A DNA stretch of 64,000 nucleotides from Phyllosticta citribraziliensis (lineage: Eukaryota). The stretch spans positions 62,001-126,000 of the forward strand of contig NW_027117355.1 of the NCBI RefSeq assembly GCF_038025025.1. Reading direction: 5' to 3'. A model generated the notes under the pieces. It was not told the DNA's origin. It saw nothing but the letters and a program-made list of their open reading frames with translations, and made no database searches. The translations under genes were made by a program, and so were the position numbers. Of the stretch, positions 58,043 through 64,000 are shown in pieces. Numbering within the stretch: position 1 is the stretch's first letter; every line of letters starts with the position of its first letter.

Positions 58043-59275
58043 ATGAAGAATTCCGTTTTCGCTCTTTCGGCCCTTGCTGGCATTGCCATGTCCTCGCCTT
58101 TGGCGGCCAGGGACAACGGTATTACCGTCGACCCTGCCTGGCCAGCTGCCCCATCTCTCAAGGCGGACTCGACTGCATCCTACGTGCAGGCGGCCGCCGC
58201 GAGCGCTGCCAGCAACCTCGTTGCAACCCCAGTCACCACGCTGAAGAAGCGTAACTACTGGTATGCCAACTGCGCCAGTACCACCGTTGCAACCACCATC
58301 ACCAGCATCGTCAGCAGCGCTTCTGCTACCATCACCAGCGTCATTACCACGAGCAGCGTTATTACTGTGCCTACAACCACGGCGCCCATCATCACTTGCT
58401 CCATCAGGCCAACTGGTGCTGGCATTGTCCCGACTCCTGACACGGACGCGGCTTTCCTGGCTGACCAGGAGTTCCATGACGATGCCAACAAGGCTCCTCT
58501 TGCCGTCACAGGTCAGAGCGGCATTTACACCCAGACATTCAAGGACCTCCAGGGAGCGACGGATATGAACACGTACATGGGCTACAAGACGCTCGACAGC
58601 TACGACGTCGCCGGGTGCGCGGCCTTCTGCGACAACACCAAGCTGTGCCAGTCGTTCAACATCTACGTCGAGCGCGACCCGCTGTACGAGCAGAACGACC
58701 CCAGCTGCAGCAACGCGTCGACCATCTACTTCAAGTGCTCGCTGTACGGCTCGTACATTGACGGAAAGTCGGCGACCAACGTCGGCCAGTACCAGGGCCC
58801 CTTCCACGTCGTCATCACCGGCTCCAACGGCTACAGCATGCCAAACGTGACGACGACCAAGCCGCCGACCTGCAACCAGCCCGGCAGCAACACGTGGGGC
58901 TCGGGCAAGCCGTGCAACGGCGGCGGCATCGTCAAGAAGCCCGGCAATTGCATGGGCTCCAAGTTCTTCCCGGGCCCCTTCGACCCCATGGTGTGCTCGG
59001 CGTACGCGTCGGCCCAGGTTGCGCTCAACCGCAAGACGGGCAACTGGTGGAACCCCAGCAGCTGGCTGCCGTGCAGCAGCTTCAACGCCTACACGGTCAA
59101 GCGCAACGGCGTCGCCATCGGCATGCAGTGCGTCCTCTTCTACAACGCCGTCTCCCCCTCCACCGACGTCGTCCCCTTCAACCCCTCGTCCGGCTCCGAC
59201 TCGTACACCTGCGAGAGCTCCCTCATCTACACCGTCACCAACGGCTGGTGGACCTGGCTCAGCAGCTTCTTCTAA
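58043..59275 (+). CDS. Secreted protein with Thr-rich region and PAN/apple-like carbohydrate-binding-type domains
   Basis: Signal peptide MKNSVFALSALAGIAMS, KKR site, YMGYKTLDSYDVAGCAAFCD..CQSFNIYVERDP and VVITGSNGY. Strong GC3 codon bias. Confidence 0.85.
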   Translation: MKNSVFALSALAGIAMSSPLAARDNGITVDPAWPAAPSLKADSTASYVQAAAASAASNLVATPVTTLKKRNYWYANCASTTVATTITSIVSSASATITSVITTSSVITVPTTTAPIITCSIRPTGAGIVPTPDTDAAFLADQEFHDDANKAPLAVTGQSGIYTQTFKDLQGATDMNTYMGYKTLDSYDVAGCAAFCDNTKLCQSFNIYVERDPLYEQNDPSCSNASTIYFKCSLYGSYIDGKSATNVGQYQGPFHVVITGSNGYSMPNVTTTKPPTCNQPGSNTWGSGKPCNGGGIVKKPGNCMGSKFFPGPFDPMVCSAYASAQVALNRKTGNWWNPSSWLPCSSFNAYTVKRNGVAIGMQCVLFYNAVSPSTDVVPFNPSSGSDSYTCESSLIYTVTNGWWTWLSSFF

Positions 59276-59875
59276 GCGGAGCGATTTCGGGCGTAGACGA
59301 CGACGACACACTTGCGGGCGCTTGGGACTTGGAGTTTTGTGGACCGGTGGGAAAATATCCTGGGGTGTTTGGTAGAGTGGGTTTCAAAATTCTCGTCAAT
59401 CCTTTGGACACTTTTTGATTTGCTGGATTTGATGCTGGTTTGGTTGCTTGGACCTCTGGCTTTTCGCTGGCATTGAGCCGAACTCTCCTTCCGGCCTTTG
59501 TGCCTGGGTTGCTTTGGCTTTTGGTTGCGTTCTGATTTTGCTCATCTAGATAGCACGACTTGGAATGGACTGCTATAGAAAACAGCTCGTGCCGTGACGA
59601 TGCAGTGAAGGGCGTCTTACCTGAGAGTCAACTGATGATAAATGGCCTAGAGAATAGCCTGCGCGTCAGAGCCCCCCCAACTCGATGACCAAAGCTTGGG
59701 CACGCCACTGGTCCCAGGGTGCCACTATTGACCTATTAATTTGTGCAGTGCGCGGCGCGGAACGATATGTACAGAAATGAGATACCGGATGCGAGAATGA
59801 TGAGAGCACTAGACTGTACGCATCAGCAGCAGAACAAATCTCGAGTTGTGACCGATATTCCAAACACAGGCGTTT

Positions 59876-60795
59876 CTACACAAGTGCGCCACGATTCATC
59901 AAAACCTCTTCCTTCTGCCTTCGACGCTCCAGCTTCTCTTCCAGGACTTTCTTCTTCTCGTCGCGTACCCGGTACCACTCTTCTTTGGCTCTTTGACGCA
60001 GTGTCTTCCGTTGGTTTTCTTTGATCTCCTTGTCCCTTTTGGCCTGCTGTTCTCGGCTGTACCTCCTGTCCAACTTTGCTTGGTCTTTCGCAGACAAAAC
60101 CCAGGGTTCCTGCAAAATGTCCCGCATGTATTTTGCGGTCCCGACCCAGTTCCTGATCTCGTCGGCCGTGCTTTTGATCACCGAACACTGTTTCAGCTCT
60201 AGCTGGTTGATTTGGCGGTACGAGTCGAGGGAGCATTGGACGCGGAGGACCGTTCCGATGTCGACGACCGTCCCATCGACCAGGACGTTGAGGAAGCCGA
60301 TGCCACTTTCGACGCGGACGTTGGGGACGACCGTGTTGCTTTCGTGAGTGCCCGTTTTGTCGAGCTGGTCGGGCCGCAGCCGTTCGAGCTTGACTTCAAC
60401 CGTAGCGCCAGAGCCATCGTCGAGGGTGAACAGGACGAGGAGGGGCGTGGGCGCTCCAATCTCGACGACGGTTCCAACGACGCGGACGAAGCGGATGGGA
60501 TGATTCAGGTAGTAGAAAAGTCGGAAGAAAGGTTTGTGTGACATAACGCTGCTAATATAGGTGGAGTGACCTAAGCAGAAGAAGAAGTGTAATGTTAGCG
60601 AGGAGCAAGGAGACTTTTAGGAGCGACTGAGCGGGAGGTTGCATGTCGTGTTTACCTACCCAGGCCGGGCGGCGGTTTGCGCAGCGCGTGGACGCCGGCC
60701 GCAGTGAGTTTGGCCCATGAGTGGTACGTCGGAGACAGGTCGAAATAACGCGGGGGATAAAAGGTCAGACTCTGTCGTTCCGGTTGGGTGGTCAT
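59876..60795 (-). CDS. stn1: CST complex subunit Stn1 (OB fold)
   Basis: ATG 60795 (MTTQPER..FYPPRYFDLSPTYHSWAKL), intron 60571-60659, then FYYLNHPIRFVRVVGTVV and FTLDDGSGATVEV. Confidence 0.85.
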
Positions 60796-60986
60796 GACAT
60801 GGCTATCGAGCTGTGTTGGAAATCATTCAAGGCAGACGAGACGCGTCAAGAGGGGTCCCCGCTCCGGCGCGAGGTCACATGGCAGATTGATAAGATTAGA
60901 TGCGTATCCCAAAGCTCCAACCCATGCCTGCCCTCAACCTTCCCCAAACAACAGCCCTGAAGCTGAACGACATCATTACAGCTAAC

Positions 60987-61580
60987 ATGTCCGCCTCATT
61001 TGTCCCGTCGTCCTCGCAATCCGTCTTCACTCCATCCTATTCCATCCCCATCAATGCGCATCCCGGCGCTGTTTTCGCCCTTTTGACCTCCCGCTCAACA
61101 TGGAAAGATTGGAACGGATTCGTACCACACGCGCACGTTCTGAAAGCCTCCCCGAACCCTTCAGCTCCGCGGTCTGGACCACAAGATGATGCGCTACAAG
61201 TTGGACAAGTGCTCAAGTTTGAGGTGCGAACACGGATTTGGGGACATGAGGTGACGGTTCCTGGAGGCAGTGCCGAGGAAATAACGTCCCTCTCTACACC
61301 CGAAGACACAGGATCAAGCGAGCGTGGCGTCTATCGTGTATGCTGGGATGTTTGGGGCATGCCGCCTTGGTTGCTCAAGACTTGCCGAGTGAACGAAGTT
61401 GTTGTCGAAGGAGACGGGCAGGGAACAGAGGGCGAAAGATGCACGTACAGGACGTACATGACATTCGAAGGCCCGATGGCTTACTTTGTCAAGTGGCTCA
61501 CAGGATGGATGGTGAAAGACGGCCTGAAGGTCTGGGGAGAGGGCTTGAAAAAGGCGGCCGAGGCAGGACTGAGAGCATGA
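60987..61580 (+). CDS. SRPBCC/START-like (polyketide cyclase/dehydrase-like) protein
   Basis: SIPINAHPGAVFALLT..WKDWN, YRTYMTFEGPMA and C-terminal helix GLKKAAE. Confidence 0.75.
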   Translation: MSASFVPSSSQSVFTPSYSIPINAHPGAVFALLTSRSTWKDWNGFVPHAHVLKASPNPSAPRSGPQDDALQVGQVLKFEVRTRIWGHEVTVPGGSAEEITSLSTPEDTGSSERGVYRVCWDVWGMPPWLLKTCRVNEVVVEGDGQGTEGERCTYRTYMTFEGPMAYFVKWLTGWMVKDGLKVWGEGLKKAAEAGLRA

Positions 61581-62603
61581 GGCAGAGGCAGGTGACGGAC
61601 GCAGAATGGCGTTACGGATACGCGGTTCTACAACTACTCAGCAGTACGAATTGGTCCTCCAAGAAGGTGTCCGAATCCGGACTTTGCAGTTCAGCAATAA
61701 CAGCACAGGTTGCACACTGCCTTCATGGACCGGATTTGGCTACACGAGCCAGCGGGTTTGCATCCTTCGAGTGGATCGAAGCCGTTCATCTTCCTGCCAA
61801 AGGACCTTCTCGGATCCACCCTTCCGAGCAACGAATGGCATGGAACGCCTTGTCGGACAATCTCGTCGATCTCCTCACGGAACCTCAGCCGTCTGACTGG
61901 ACTTTTCCAGCTCTAGACTAACCCACGTTGCACGTCGCATCGCAACGGAGCCTCCGAGCGTGTTGCACAACACTTGTCCAGCATTGAGCTCCTGGAAAGG
62001 GGCACAACATCCCCAATATTGACCAGATCTCGCGGACACCAAGCCAAAGAAGGACGCGATTCCAACCAGGACCGGGTTTTCGAGACAACTGAACAGTCAG
62101 ACTTGTTCTTCTCGGCTTGTATCTGCCGCAGACAGCTACTTCTACTTGCAGTAAGCTAAACAAGCCAATGTCAAGGCGGGGTCAGCAACAGGGCTCAGCC
62201 TCCGCAAGGGGAGCAGCGCATCAGCGCTAACCCCCACAATGAACGATTCTGGTCCTTGTGGCGCCAAGTGACGGCCTAGCTCACCCCAAATAACACGAGC
62301 ACTGCTGGTTCTCCCTACTGGAACGTTGATGTCATTTTGATTTTGTTTGGATGCCGCTCACTTCCAGCGCAATACAACAGATCAGGTTGCAGTTGTCCGT
62401 AGCAGATCGTGTCAGCAACGAACCACGGGGCGACGCACGGCGTGGTCGCAAGAGATGACGAAGACATATAAAAGAGCTGAGCAAAGGTCATGGGCTGGCT
62501 GGCAGTACAACACAACTGCCTCTTCCGTCCCTGCCAACATCAGGAGTTTTTCAGAAACGCATCGAATCATTTCCTCGATTAAAACATTCCCAACACCATC
62601 ACA

Positions 62604-63203
62604 ATGTTCCCTCAGCCCGCCACATTTCTCCCGCTGCTCCTGCCTCTCGCGGCAGCCGCTCCAGCAATACTCGATTCTCGCGGCCTGCTCAATCCCGCGC
62701 CCTTCAAGCTTGTCGCCAATGTCACGGCCTTTCCCATCACGCCCAACGTCACCTCGTACGAGGCTGCCTTCAAGCCGTTCACAGACAAGTCCTGCATGGG
62801 TTCCGTCTATCTCGTCCCGTCCGGCGGCGAGAAGTGGGCGCAGTGGACGCTCACCGACAACGGCACTACGTATACGACTGTCAACCGCGACCCGAGCGGA
62901 AACGGCGATGGCAGGGGTAGCACAGGTGGTATAATCGTGACGCCTGGTGGCACGGCGACGGTTCCCTCGGCCAACACTGTCAATGTCAACGCGTGTGGCG
63001 TGGGAAGTCCTGGGGTTGGTATCGTGAACAATGAGTTGCTTGGATGGAAGGACGGATGGACTGGGGGCTGGATGGCCTGCCCAGTGTCGCTTGTCCCCGG
63101 ATCGTACGGCAAGGCTGGAGATATTGTCCTGAGCGTCAAGAATGAGGGTCAGAGGACCATCTACGGGTGTTCGAATGTCGACTTGAAGGTCGTGTATGTT
63201 TGA
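62604..63203 (+). CDS. Small secreted protein of unknown function (199 aa, 4 Cys)
   Basis: Signal peptide MFPQPATFLPLLLPLAAAAP, FKLVANVT, WMACP and terminal GCSNVDL. TATAAAA near 62467. Confidence 0.8.
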   Translation: MFPQPATFLPLLLPLAAAAPAILDSRGLLNPAPFKLVANVTAFPITPNVTSYEAAFKPFTDKSCMGSVYLVPSGGEKWAQWTLTDNGTTYTTVNRDPSGNGDGRGSTGGIIVTPGGTATVPSANTVNVNACGVGSPGVGIVNNELLGWKDGWTGGWMACPVSLVPGSYGKAGDIVLSVKNEGQRTIYGCSNVDLKVVYV

Positions 63204-63607
63204 GAAACAGGACGAATCCCTCGGTTACAGGATGCACGCAGGGAGAATTCAAGTCTTCGGCGCTTGGAAGGGACAGCTAGGAGTCTTTCAAGAGTGTCAT
63301 GATGTTGCGAGGCTAATTCTCGAAAAAGACGAATTGATCAGAATTCCCGACATACATGCAGCAAGCTAATCGTGGCCGGCATTTTGCCATTTGAGCTTGC
63401 GTTTCTGAAGAGCTTCCTGTGGCTTGCGTCTTCCACTGGGTCCCAGCCGAAAATGGATTCTGGTCTGGACTCAAGCTCTCAGCTGTGGCTGAACCGACGA
63501 CTCAACCAACTCACAAGAACACTCCAGCTAACATAGGGATTGTCACAAAACTACTGATTCTTTACGTTCGCCTTGTGCTGCAGGTCAAATTTTAGACAGC
63601 GGAAAAC

Positions 63608-64000
63608 ATGCCGCGAAATCCAGAGCACGAAATCACAGGGCGTCTATTCCAACCATGCGCAGAAGCTGAAGCACTTACCCCCACTGAACAAATCCGCGCG
63701 TGTCCAGAATGCGGGCTCTTCTTCTTCCACTGCTGCGCGCACCCGGACACTATCTGCCACCAACGAAGCGTCGTCTTCATCGACGGAGCCTGCACCAACA
63801 ACGGCCAAAACGACGCCGCAGCCGGCTACGGCGCCGCGGTGGGAGTGAGAGAGGACCAACAGTTGTCCCAGCAGTTTGGCTACGCTGTTGTGACAACTAA
63901 ACAAAGAGCAGACCTGATTGGCGCCGTTCTGGGTATCGACCAGGGCGAGAGCTGGTGGAGGCGCGAGAGGGCGCATCAGAGGCAGAGGGGTGCGCAGCAT
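63608..64000 (+). CDS. RNase H1-like protein with Cys/His-rich N-terminus, 3'-partial (absent from the ORF track)
   Basis: Open frame from ATG 63608 to the window end: MPRNPEH..CPECGLFFFHCCAHPDTICHQRSVVFIDGACTNNGQNDAAAGYG..TTKQRADLIGAVLGI. Confidence 0.8.
   Translation, partial: MPRNPEHEITGRLFQPCAEAEALTPTEQIRACPECGLFFFHCCAHPDTICHQRSVVFIDGACTNNGQNDAAAGYGAAVGVREDQQLSQQFGYAVVTTKQRADLIGAVLGIDQGESWWRRERAHQRQRGAQH

Noticed and set aside
1..64000. Starship element, autonomous transposon, secondary-metabolite cluster, tRNA or rRNA genes
   Set aside because: I recognised no tyrosine recombinase captain, transposase, reverse transcriptase, PKS/NRPS or structural RNA signature.

Overview
Eukaryotic DNA from a filamentous ascomycete: GC-rich, short spliceosomal introns with CTRAC branch points, RIP-type mutation in repeats. 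A Dothideomycete origin is my inference. About 20 genes can be reconstructed by hand. In order: a PDR-type ABC transporter (runs off the left edge), a head-to-head FWD-1-like F-box/WD40 gene and Cdc24 GEF, a divergent DUF3500 and small conserved gene pair, a GH76 mannanase, a Gfd2/QIP-like protein, an F-box gene, a Zn2Cys6 factor, a truncated C2H2 gene, a glycine-rich cutinase precursor, a second Zn2Cys6 factor, an Nramp transporter, nuclear ATP9, two tandem F-box genes, a secreted protein, STN1, an SRPBCC protein, another secreted protein and a partial RNase H-like gene at the right edge. Four observations stand out: (1) a circularly permuted, catalytically dead Gfd2/QIP-like DEDDh nuclease fused to CCCH-type fingers (23751-25315); (2) a cutinase carried in a Kex2/Ste13-processable glycine-rich polyprotein (37252-39583); (3) four perfect ATCAGATAA (SreA-type) motifs around the Nramp gene, two of them in gene-free DNA; (4) two inverted copies of a RIP-mutated MITE-like element bracketing the fwd-1/cdc24 pair. 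All family assignments come from motif recognition, not database searches.
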